NCBI RefSeq assembly: GCF_003704095.1
Contig: NW_020845843.1
Span: 62,001 to 126,000 of the forward strand
DNA: 64,000 bases
Direction of reading: 5' to 3'
Origin: Pocillopora damicornis
Lineage: Eukaryota
Below the pieces are notes generated by a model. The model searched no databases, had not been told where the DNA came from, and was given only the letters and a program-made list of their open reading frames with translations. Below are positions 48,801-60,277 of the stretch, piece after piece (the stretch's first letter is position 1; the number at the start of each line of letters is the position of its first letter). The position numbers and the translations under genes were made by a program.

Positions 48801-49147
48801 ATGTCACTGAGTGATATTGATTCGCCGGTTTTCTTTCCGCCAAGTGATTTGAGATCAGCTACAATGCGACAAATTATGCTTAAAATTTTTGAACAACTTT
48901 CAAAAACTGTGTCTTTTTTGTTCTAGGTCTTGATATTCCCAAACACGGCGAGCCCGCGTACCCACTGGCCAGTTACGGAGACGGATGGTCGGAGTCGCCA
49001 TCAGCACCGAGACAGACCTTGCCGTTTAGTCATAGTAATGGCGTCACCCCTGTCCAAAGTAACTATCCTGAGAAAGGAGGTGGAATCGATAATCCAAGTC
49101 TTGAGGTTATTGAAGCTCCAAACAAGAACGAAACCACAGAGTTTTGA
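42840..49147 (+). CDS. amt: Ammonium transporter Amt-C, ~483 aa
   Basis: Exons 42840-42918, 45426-45515, 45819-46049, 46143-46249, 46379-46510, 46623-46752, 46849-46949, 47514-47652, 48084-48305, 48927-49147; ends TTEF. Intron 1 spans an assembly gap. Confidence 0.94.
45276..45375. other. Assembly gap (N run) in Amt-C intron 1
   Basis: 100 N. Confidence 1.
47854..48044 (+). mobile_element. Short hammerhead-bearing retroelement (family B) in Amt-C intron 8
   Basis: Hammerhead-like motif at 47885-47918 (GAAA mutated to AAAA). Degenerate TSD AACTTCTCACTGG (47841-47853) / AACTTTTCAGTGG (48045-48057). Absent from the paralogous Amt-D intron. Confidence 0.75.
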
Positions 49148-52100
49148 ATATAACAGACCAGATCGAAAGAATGCTACTTGCCCACTTCATGCCAAATATG
49201 GGAAAATAAATCTTTCGTGTGGCATACGCTAACTCACAACACTTATTATAGTTTCATATTGCTCAGTGAATGATATTAACCGCAATTGTTGGCAGCAATA
49301 CTCGACACAAAAAAAACAAAATAACTTCAATTTACCTGAGAAAAATGTAGGCTTGGCCATAGGTGACCCGAAATTGCTCAGACGGTAAACATCAATAGCA
49401 ACGAGGAAAGGAAAACAGCCTAGTTAAGATCTTATCTTCTACATTTATTTAGTTTTTATCGTTATATCGTACTTTGTAACCCTTGATAGTTATTAGAGCA
49501 TGTGTCAATTCAAAAGTATTTTAAATTCAGGATGGGGATCAAAATAGTCGTCAAACTTGTTTTTCATGTGAGAGACTGGACTCCATCAGATTATAGCGAG
49601 TGGGGACTGAAGCCACAGTCTATCCACTAGAGTCCAATCCCCACTTACCTTCCAAGGGCCACAACATTTGTAGACACTGGTGTAGGTTATAAAAACTAAT
49701 TAAGAAATCATCGCTTTTCACGCTTTTAAATGCACGGCTCACTTGTTAAGAACTGATATGTCTAGATATTATAACGTATATTGTGTTAATTAAAACATTA
49801 GCTACATCATTTCCTCACAGTCATACAGCATGTAAATGTGCACAGCCAACTACATTCATGTAGTCTGGAAGTAAAGGAATAAAAAAAAAAAATCTTTGTT
49901 ATGTTAGTGGTAACCTTGTATGTGTGACTTTACTTTCAAACCTAAATGCTTTACCTAGCCTGACTTCAGCCGTGATCCTTTCTCACCACAAACACTATGA
50001 ACCTATAGGCATTACTTCTACACAAAATTAATTCTAGCGTTGCGTCACAGGGCTTTATATATGTGATTGGACCAATCTACCAAGATAAACCTTACCCTTA
50101 GCAAACCCTGATGGTGAGAAGGACACTAAAAATACTGAAAGGTTTGGTCTGATTCAAATTAACTTCCTGTCAAATACTTTTTTTTTCCCAAAAAAACCCC
50201 CTTTGAAATAAGGGGGATTTTACAAGAACTTTGAAATACACAGATCAAAGTTCCCATGTCAGCCTGGCATTCCTCAGTTGTCAGGCGTTCATAAATATAA
50301 AACTCAACACAATCATTTAAATTCCATTTACAAGCGAAAGACAAATAAGAACAATTTGCAAGCCTTTTACTTAGTTCTTGAAGCATACATGGGGAAAAAC
50401 TTGAACTCACACATAAACAGTCATGCCTCAGTTAAGTATAAGGCATTTTTTATTACCTGGTTAGGCATGGATTGGAGGATATCAAATGTTTTCAGGGGGA
50501 ATGTGGGAGGGTCTCAGTCTTGGCGAACTGTGTATAAAGGAAAGTTTACTGCTAATTAACTGCTGATGAGAGACAGGGAGGGAACCCCAGTCACAGCAGT
50601 CACTGTTTAATGTTAGTGGCACCTTATGGAAGATAATCCTACAGGAAAGAAAAAAACCCAGGCAATGGGACCACTTCTGAAAAGAGATCCTGAGCAACTC
50701 TAGAAGAATACAACTTCATACCCCAACTGTTTTCCCCACAACTAACTGCCTTAGACTACCCTGACAAACTTATTACTGTTCACCCTTTTCCCTGGTTCAC
50801 AAACTCTGCCCACCAACAACACCTAAAAAATAAGAGACAAAAAATCACAAACCCACCGTCTACTACAAGACCATAAACAATACAGACAAATGGACCAACA
50901 AAATTGTTCACAACATTTTACAGAATCACCAAACAACGTGTAAAAAAATTTACAAATATCTATTAAAACTCAATGGAACTCCACACACTACTCCTAACTA
51001 GTAAAATTCTCCACAAAAATAGTCAATTTTCAAAATCCTAACACCAGTAATGGAGTTCCATCTGAAGCAAATTTTTTACTTATTGTTGACAATTTCATAT
51101 TTAAAAAATGTTTTTGTTTTTTCTCATTTTATTCTCTAAATAAAGGTTTTCTATCATGGTACCCATCTTTCAAATTCTAGTCATTTTAATGTAACAAATG
51201 CTGATTGTTCTTGGTATATCATTTTAGAAACATATCTTTTAGAATAATCGTTCAAGCCATTGGTATGAATTAAAGATTTAATGACTTTTTTTAAATAAAA
51301 TCTTACACTGAATTTACAATCATGAAAGACATAGCATTATCGAAAAAAAAACAGTTACCTACGATTAACATTTTCATATAAGATGTACATCACCCACCAC
51401 GTACATCCTCATTACAATTCCATGTTGTAAATACATGCCTATACTGTAACAAATAAAGGTACTTCTAAATATAGTTCTAACGCTTCCAGCCATTTTGTAA
51501 ATTTGTTAGCCTTTCCGCAGCGATAACTATCTTAATCAGTTTTCGATCCTTTCTTAATTCAACTTTCCGCATAACACTTTCCACTTGTAGCAATTAAACT
51601 TTTGTACCTAACTGGTTATGAACAACGCATCTTTCGTATATCTGTGCCAAAGATATAATCTTCACGTTCGGAAGAAAGATTCATGTATTCGTCCTACCAT
51701 TCTCTCATCGATAAATGATTTTTACATCACAAATAAATGCGGACTCCTCAACACAATAACTATATGCTTTTCGAAAGTAGAAAGAAAAATTAATATTAAA
51801 TTCGATCATTTACCAATGAACCGACAAACCGTCTAAATCGTTCTTACCTTTTCATCCGATGATTGCTCTTTTTGGGATATCAATGCCAACCTTCCCGCAA
51901 TCATTCGCTCCCAAAACACCCTTGGTTACTCTCATTACACTATGAGAGTTAAATGGACATCTCCAACAAGAAATCGAATTATCACGACAACAAAGTAGAA
52001 ATCTACAACGGGACCATGCTTCTTTTCGGGCCGAAACTCTTACGTAACGAGATCACGCAATCGTGGCGTCACCAGAGTAAAAAAAAAATCGTTCTTTTTT

Positions 52101-52643
52101 TTCTCTGGCTACCACACGCCGAGGCTCTTTCAAGAGAAAGCTCACACAAAGGATACCACAAAAATCTGTTTCCCCAAAACGTGAGTATCTTTCAGTTCTT
52201 TAATCACTATAAATTTTAGTTTGCATAGTTTTTATTTACTTATTTTAAAACTTGTTCCCAGAGTAATAGTTGGCTCTCTTGCAATTGTACTCTATTAACA
52301 TTTCGTACGAATAACAATTTTTATGCCAGAGGAAATCTTCTTTATTCCGGTACCAGTCACCGCTTTTCCGTTAAAAATTTATTTTAAGCATCTTTAATCT
52401 TTATAGTCAAGTTCTCTGAATAGTATTAAAAATGTCTATTGCTTTTCTCCTTCTTTCGGACTCATCACGAGGGTGGCGGGCAAAGGTCTGGTACCGGACT
52501 AAAAACACCCCGGCACTCTAAATCCCCACGGTATCAACGAGTGCTTTCCATTCATCTAGTTTTTTTAATCACTATATTCCCACCTATAGCGTAGTTCCAT
52601 TTTCTGCATGTAAACCCACATACTACCCACTTTTCCTCTAATC

Positions 52644-52738
52644 GCTCTGATGAAGGGCTAACGCACGTTAGCTTTCAAACACTTTACGGTGGCCAATTTA
52701 CGTTATCAACTCAGTTTATAACACTAAATTACCCTGTT
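52644..52738 (+). mobile_element. Degenerate family B hammerhead element
   Basis: GCTCTGATGAAGGGCTAACGC has lost its GAAA core, then continues GGTGGCCAATTTACGTTATCAACTCAG as in the copy at 47885-47975. Confidence 0.7.
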
Positions 52739-53604
52739 AGAAACACCCTAGCTTAGTTGGGCTTCACTCCTGTAGATTCTCTATCACATGTGCCTCAGCA
52801 TTGATGTTCCTCTCTACTTCACTGATAATAATCAAAGTTTTCCGTTCTCTCTTTTTCTTGACATTTACTGTCCTCTTCTCCAAGCCACCAAACACAATTA
52901 TAAGTCTATTGAATCAACCCAGCTTATCATTCTTTATTATTTTGAATGTGCTGACTTTCTTAAAAAGAAAAACACACAGTTTGACAGTTTGCATAGACTA
53001 TTTGCTGTACATTCCATGTAAAGACCAGGTCAGAACCAATCAGAATGCATAGAATTACCTCAGGACTAACTTGCCTTATAACATATATCTATATATTTCC
53101 CCAAATTATTCTGTCCCATCCAGTAACTTATCTCAGACACAGCAAACAATGGGATCAATAGCTAAACAGAATGGATACTAACTTCTCAACACTGAGCAAC
53201 TCTGATAAAAGGAGATGAACACACAAGAAAATCAATTTCATTACCAGCAATTTGAACATTAAATCAAAAACTTTATTTTACTTGACATCCATCATTAAAC
53301 CTAGCATTTTTGAATGAATAAGTCAGAAATACAAGAAATCTTTAATAAATTCCTCTCTATTGATCATCTCTTTTCAGAACAAACATTTAGAACATTGGTA
53401 TTAATGCAATTTCAAAGCTAATAATTTTTTTTTCATTTTGGCACTGCCTTGTGATTAACATGGCTGCCTTGCAGTTTGTAGGTCCCTCAACATTCGTGCT
53501 CAGTTTAAGGACAAATAATTTTTCTTTTGTTTTATGTTTACACTTTCAACACTTCCCACTTTTCCCCATTTAACCCACTATTTTTTTAGGAGATTTGGGA
53601 GGTC

Positions 53605-53815
53605 TTAACCCTTTAACTCCCATGAGTGACCAGGACAGAATTTCTCCTTACAATATCAATACAATATCAACCACATAAGTAACAAGAATATGGAAAAATA
53701 TCAATTTGGGGATAATTATTCGATCCAATACTAAATTCTCTGAACTAACATTATAAGAATTGTATGGTTGACAGTAAGGAGAATTACAAATTTGATCTGG
53801 GAGTTAAAGGGTTAA
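53605..53815. mobile_element. TTAA-bounded MITE with perfect 18-bp inverted termini, just upstream of Amt-D
   Basis: TTAACCCTTTAACTCCCA ... TGGGAGTTAAAGGGTTAA. Confidence 0.9.
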
Positions 53816-53959
53816 ATAGGGATCCCATGCTTGATGCCTATAATACACCAAAGGTTGCAAGATGAATCTACTGCGATATAAATTTTGTTAAAAAAAATAA
53901 TTAACAAAACTCTATTATATCAGTTAAAATTACTTCCGTCAGGAGAAATGGAAGTCAAA

Positions 53960-56900
53960 ATGGCAACAATGTCAGACCTACAGATTTTGCAAGACAACCT
54001 TGACCACTTCTTTCTGATCATTACAGGCTGCCTCATTTTTTGTGAGTATAGTTTTCCATCTCTTTTCTTTAAAGTTTGAGATATCCATGCATGAAGTGAT
54101 TGTTTTACATAAAAGAATATATTTTTTAGGAAGAGTTAAAACTGTTTTCTTTGCTTAAATAAGAGAGAAAAAATGGTATGCTGACTTAGGCACCTACTCT
54201 GCCTCTGGGATCACTATATTAACAGTATACAAATGAAACCTGACACTATAATGAATACATTGAACTTGAACTTAGGGGAAAAATAATTAACCCTTTAACT
54301 CCCAGATCAAATTTTGTAATTCTCCTCACTGTCAACCATGAAATTCTAATGTCGTATTTCAGAGAATTTAGTATTGGATCAACTAATTATCTCCAAATTG
54401 AAAATTTTCTATATTCTTGTCACTTAATTGGTTGACATTGTATTGGAGAAAGTTCTCACAGATTGCAAAAGTGACAAACTTGAAAAATGCAGGCAAACTT
54501 TTCCAGGATGGAAATGTAAGAACTGTCAGATAATCCAAATGGACTAAAAATGTAAGCAAATGTTTCCAGGATGGACAAATGGTGTCCAGGTGCAGTTCCC
54601 TTAAATAGATCCCCTGCATTACATATGCCTAGTCGCATTTTAAAGAAACCCTATAATCAGATTGATAAATGACAGAGAAAAACAACTGAGGACAAGAGAT
54701 ATATGACATCTTACCCATTCAGTGGTTGGTAGTTAATGGCTGATCTGTTTTTTTTTCAGTTATGCAAACAGGATTTGCTTTTCTTGAAGCTGGCTCAGTA
54801 AGATCAAAGAACACAACAAACATTCTGATCAAGAATTTCTTGGATGTTTGTAAGTAGTGATGATAGAAATAAGTCATTTACCAGTATCCAAAGAGGTACA
54901 AAAGTTCAAAAAAGAAAGATGGCATCTCTCTTATGCATCAGTTCCTCAATCAGATCAAAATTTGACTTTCATGATTTGTTTGTTCTTTTATTTTCATTCC
55001 AAGAAGTTAACTTTTATACTGTACAGCCATCTTTAGGTTAGATTTTCAATAGCCAAGTGAACCTCTACACATGGCAATTCCCTGAGTAAATAATGTGTCT
55101 TGTTTTATGTCTTACAGTTATTGGTGCAGTGGCCTATTGGCTGTTTGGGTATGCATTTGCATTTGGAGCAGAAAGCAATGGCTTCATTGGACACAAGTTT
55201 TTTGCACTGGCAGATTTACCAGCTGACAAATACTCTCACTGGTTTTTCCATTTTGTTTTTGCTGCCACGGCAGCAACAATTGTCAGTGGTGCCATGGCAG
55301 AGAGGACAGAGTTTAAGGCTTACCTGTTGTACTCTGTGTTTCTCACTGGTAAGTTCCAGGCCCTACTCCTTATTTCTGATAGGTGGCACTTGCATCTCTA
55401 GTTTTCAACCTTATGGTGGCAAGCTGTTGTTATATTCATCATTCTTCCTTAGGCTTTGTATACCCAGTAGTCACTCACTGGGCTTGGGATGGAAATGGTT
55501 GGCTGTACAAGGGTGTGGATTACACTAAAGACAATGTAACCTTGTCTGTTACATTCCAGGTAAGACAAGACATGGAAGTAGTAAGATAATTTAACAGTCA
55601 CTTAGACACTAATAATGGCTGTCATTAAAGGTCACTGAAACCTGATCTTTTGCACATATATCTGTACATACCAGTCCACTACTGTGCTATTCTTTTCTAA
55701 ATCAAGGATTTTGCTGGCAGTGGGGTTGTTCATGTTCTTGGTGGTACTGTTGCCCTAGTTGGAGCAACTGCTGTTGGACCAAGAATAGGAAGATTTGTGA
55801 ATGGTGTCCCTGTTCTACTTCCAGGCCATACTGTACCAGTGAGTGAAAGACTTCTTAAGCTTGTCATTTTCAAGGGTGGATTTTGCATTTAAAGACTGGT
55901 CCAGTTACTGTGCAGGACTCTTAAAATCTCAACCATGCTTTTGCATTTTTTTTTATTCTAGCAAGCAGCTCTTGGAGGATTCATCCTGTTTTTTGGCTTC
56001 CTGGCATTCAATGGTGGCTCACAGGCAGCCATTGCTAGTGCAGGTGATGCAGATGCTGTAGCATTGTCCGTTGTCAACACAATCCTTGGAGGTGAGACAG
56101 TAACTATTTAACTATGAGCCTTATTTTCTCTCCATTTCCAGTTCACTTGTCAACACAGTTCTTGAAGGTGAAACATAATAACTCTTTACCCAGGAGCTTA
56201 ATTTTATTTCTGTTTTCATCCTCTTTGCCAAAAGAATCTAATGTGGTTCTCTTTTCTCATTTAGGAGCTGCAGGTGCCCTAACTGCCATGATCATCAAAC
56301 GTCTGGGCTATGCAGCAAAGTACTGGAGCTTACTTTTCACCATTAACGGCGGACTTACTGGAATGGTGCAACACATTAGTTAGATTATAAATATGTGTAG
56401 GCTTTGAATATTAAGAGCACCTTCCACATGAAGCCCCAAAGAGAGTTTGAAATCGCTATGAAATAAAATAATTCTCTGCAACTTCAAGCGCCGATTCATT
56501 ATTTTTTAAGCAATAAAGATGGTTAAAAATATGGAATTCAAACCGGTACTCTTTCTACCAATTTGAGTAGAGAGGGTTTTTCATCAGTTTGTGAGCTAGT
56601 TGTTAGCTGTAATTCATGTGAAACGCCATCTGTTGTTCCATCAGCTTCTTTTTAAGTCTAAAAGGAGTTGCATTGTGTTTCAGATCGCAAAACAAGTACA
56701 CCTGAAGGGCAGTACATACAATGAGTTTCTAGAAAGAAAAAAAATAGCAATCAATATCTGCCTGATTTATTGGAAGGGACCATGCTCTTATAGATGGGTG
56801 GATCATGCCCATTTTGGCTGGCTTACTGTACTGATCAGATGTTTTAACCTTATCAATTCCATTACAAATGATAACCTTTGCATTTGTTTCTTAGGTGGCC

Positions 56901-58410
56901 TTATGTGCAGGTTGCAATGCTATCCATCCTTATGCTGCTTTTTTCATTGGCATCATTGCTGGAATGGCCTACGTTGGATGGAGCACTCTTCTGATTCGTT
57001 TAAAGATTGATGATCCACTGGATGCTGTGGCAGGTGAGTTGCTCAAATACTGATCCACCTTATCAACTCGTGTTCCATTTTCCAGCCAACTTATTGTGAA
57101 AAGCATTGTTTGGCACTCCCTAATCTACACACCATGCTTTTCAATTGATTGCTGTAAAAACCAAATCTATGCTGTTTTGGACCAATAAAACCATATCAAG
57201 GAAACTTTAAGTAAAACGTGTAAATGGTCTGATGCAAGGGCCAGCATAAGGAAAGGGATCAAAAGGGCATTGGTTTTATTGGGCTGAAGGTTTGTTGCAA
57301 GTATTGTGGATCAATCACTTACAAAATCAATGCAATGCCAGATTACTCTTGGAAAGCAACTGAACTGTTCACCAGTAACATTGTTTGACTATTATGTACA
57401 GTTCACTTTGGTGGTGGTTTCTGGGGTGTGCTGTCTGTTCCCATCTTCAACACAGAATCTGGAATATTCTATGTTGGAAGCGAGCATTCATTCTGTTTGT
57501 TTGGATGGAACCTGCTGGGAGTGCTTGCCATCATGGCCTGGTCTGCAGCATTGAGTTTCCCCATGTTTTTCATGTTGCGCATCTCAAAGCAGCTTCGTGT
57601 CAGTGCAGAAATCGAGCAGAAAGGTAACAGTCTGGACCAGATACATCAATACATCAATTATTCCATGGAGTTTCATGCGTAAAATTTATATTTTCCTACA
57701 TGCAGACACTTTCCAGGTGTAGAGACCTCATGCACCTCTTGGTTACCATACAAGTTGGCAACTTTTAAATTCATTAGTGGCTTTGCATTTCTAAAGTCTG
57801 ACAGACATAGGTTATATACCTGTTAATGTAAGTCAATAACATTAATATGGTTTTTAATGGTCTGAGAGATACAGGTAATACATCTGTTACATCTACTGGG
57901 GTGATATGCTGATAACATTTATGCCATATTTAAAGGTCTGACAGATAAAGGTAATACCCCTGGTACATCTCCTGGGTGATATGATGATAATAATGCCCAA
58001 GTTGACTCATCATCATCTGCTAATATATATCAATTTTTATATACTCATTTAGAATGTTTTTCCTTTCCATGAGACCCTGGTTGAAATGTGTGTCTGTTAT
58101 GCTATTTGTGGACTTTTAAGGAAGAATTGAATACATTTAATCAAACCTAAGCTTGTTTTCAAGACAGATTATAGCTACAGGTACTTCAGTAATATAGAAT
58201 TGTTGGTTATCTTTCTACCTGATGATTTGAGATCAGCTACAGTGGCACAGATCATATCTATGTTTTTTTTTTTACAACATTCAATAAAACAAAACTTAAA
58301 ATTTTTTGTTTGTCCTAGGTCTTGATATTCCCAAACATGGCGAGCCAGCATACCCATTGGCCAGTTATGGAGACGGTTGGTCAGAGTTGCCACATAATCC
58401 ACAGTCCTAA
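53960..58410 (+). CDS. amt: Ammonium transporter Amt-D, ~441 aa; C-terminally truncated duplicate of Amt-C
   Basis: Exons 53960-54041, 54760-54849, 55118-55348, 55453-55559, 55707-55838, 55962-56091, 56265-56365, 56895-57033, 57402-57623, 58319-58410. Open frame, both His residues kept; ends WSELPHNPQS*. Introns align with those of Amt-C. Confidence 0.92.
54287..54452. mobile_element. Partial second copy of the 53605-53815 MITE, in inverted orientation, in Amt-D intron 1
   Basis: TTAACCCTTTAACTCCCAGATCAAATTTTGTAATTCTCC... is the reverse complement of the right half of the first copy. Confidence 0.85.
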
Positions 58411-60277
58411 AAGCTACACATGTTAATACTCACTTTTGCATGAAAAACTGTTTATTGCAAATTTTTGAAGATGAAAAAATGATTACACAGAGGAAAGTAA
58501 TGATACTACTCAAAATGTTTAAACATGTCTGTGATGCTGCTGAATATGAAAAGTATCATGTAGGATCACCTTAATTCCAAATTCAAAATGCACTCAAAGA
58601 AATAAAGCTTACTGCTTTCACTGCCCTATTACGTTCTTTCTCAGACTGAAATGTTTAAGTCCTTCCTAAGCCCACTCCTTCCCTCTCCCACTGAACTTTA
58701 ACTCTAAAGTATTGGTTGTATTATTGTCGTTCATTTGATTGTACTATATTGTGCTTAGCTTGATAGTCATTTCCTTCTCCTTCATTGCTTTGGATTAAAA
58801 AGAACAATACCCTCCTCCACTGGGGGAATGCAACACTATTTTAACGCAGTCCATTACCTCCCCTTTCCCTCCACGTTTCTTTGTTCACAATTGAGTGGTG
58901 CTTGCATATTTTCGTAATTTTTTTAATCTTACTACAAAGGAGAATATTCTCGAAGTTGTATAAGCGCATCGATAACTTGTCATTGCGCATTGGAATCGAT
59001 TTCTCGCAGAAACAATGGACAAAAGGAACGAATCGATAATCTCGAAACCCTTGTTACAAAATGTTCTTGACCTACTCACGATTAGAACTTCGGATACATG
59101 TGTAACCATGTATAACTTACCATAAAATTTTTAAACATGCGGTATAAACCCGATTGCCTGTACGAGTAAAGATCCAACATACTAAATTATTGCCCGTCCT
59201 GTTTCCACGTGAGAAGGTCCTTGTTTCCAATTACACTCGAGTCTTCATTCGTACTTGGCAGCGTCAGCAAGGGTAGATACTCTGGTTGCACTGTGCATGA
59301 CAACGAGGCATAATAACAACAGGTCCTTCCAGGTTTGGTGAAAGGAGGATTGCGCGCTTTTTGTTTCTCTATTCCGTTAACCGCGCTTAACCGTTAACAA
59401 ATACTTGTTTTCTGGTTCTTCCATAGTTAATTCACTTAGGTCTTGAATAGCACATGCGCAAAAATCGCACTCACGCATATGCAATCGAGCCTTCAGTTGA
59501 CGGCGATTTTTGACATCTTAAACTCAGGCCTCAGTCCCACTTATTCAGACTAATTTGCACACGTATTGTCTTAATTACGCTAGTCATTTCATTATGACTC
59601 AATAGGATTACAGGCGCTCTCTGACTGGTCAAACACATTTTGTATATTTCCCCAAAACCTCAAAGCTATTTACAGCAATTTTTGTCAGTTAATGGTCGCA
59701 ATAACCTACCCAACACAACATATTTCCTGACGTTTCTTTCATTAACCAGATATTTTCGTCGTAAAAACTGTACTTTGTTGGAGACCAAACTTAACTGAGT
59801 TCAATTTTAAGTTACATTCTAGATAACGCTTGTTACCAAAGTTATTCAAGGACCCTCGGCCAAAGCTACAAATTACTAACAAGGAAAACCGTTTTTGGAT
59901 GTTATTACTTCCCCTTTCTGATGTTTCCGGGTGAAACAAAACTTAAAAAACAAAAAAATGACCTTAGCTTTAAAGAAATTTACACAAACTAAGGCCTGCA
60001 ATTCGGGCGTATTTTAGGGAGAGACTTTACTCTAACCCAGAACAAAACATGGTGGATCGTCAAACGATTGCGATCATGTTCCCCCTTCGTATTGGACACC
60101 TGCGTGGCAAGCTACTCAAAATATATTCACAAGATCCGTGAATATTTACGTCCAAGGAGAGTTTATTTCTTAAGATTCTGTAAGTATGATCTGTATCTTT
60201 TTAAACTTTTTTTTTTTCAATTTAACTCTACCAGGAAACTAGCAAACCAGCAAAGCAGGTTTTGCTGTTTATCTGCT

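Noticed and set aside
50550-51950. A/C-skewed stretch resembling a decayed LINE or DNA transposon
   Set aside because: No diagnostic motif could be recovered in any frame.
12554-57627. Alternative-frame and antisense ORFs overlapping Amt exons
   Set aside because: They recur in each paralog only as shadows of the conserved Amt coding frame.
58410-60277. Overlapping convergent 3' UTRs of Amt-D and BMAL1
   Set aside because: A proximal minus-strand AATAAA at ~60162-60167 could end BMAL1 well before Amt-D. Overlap cannot be supported without RNA data.
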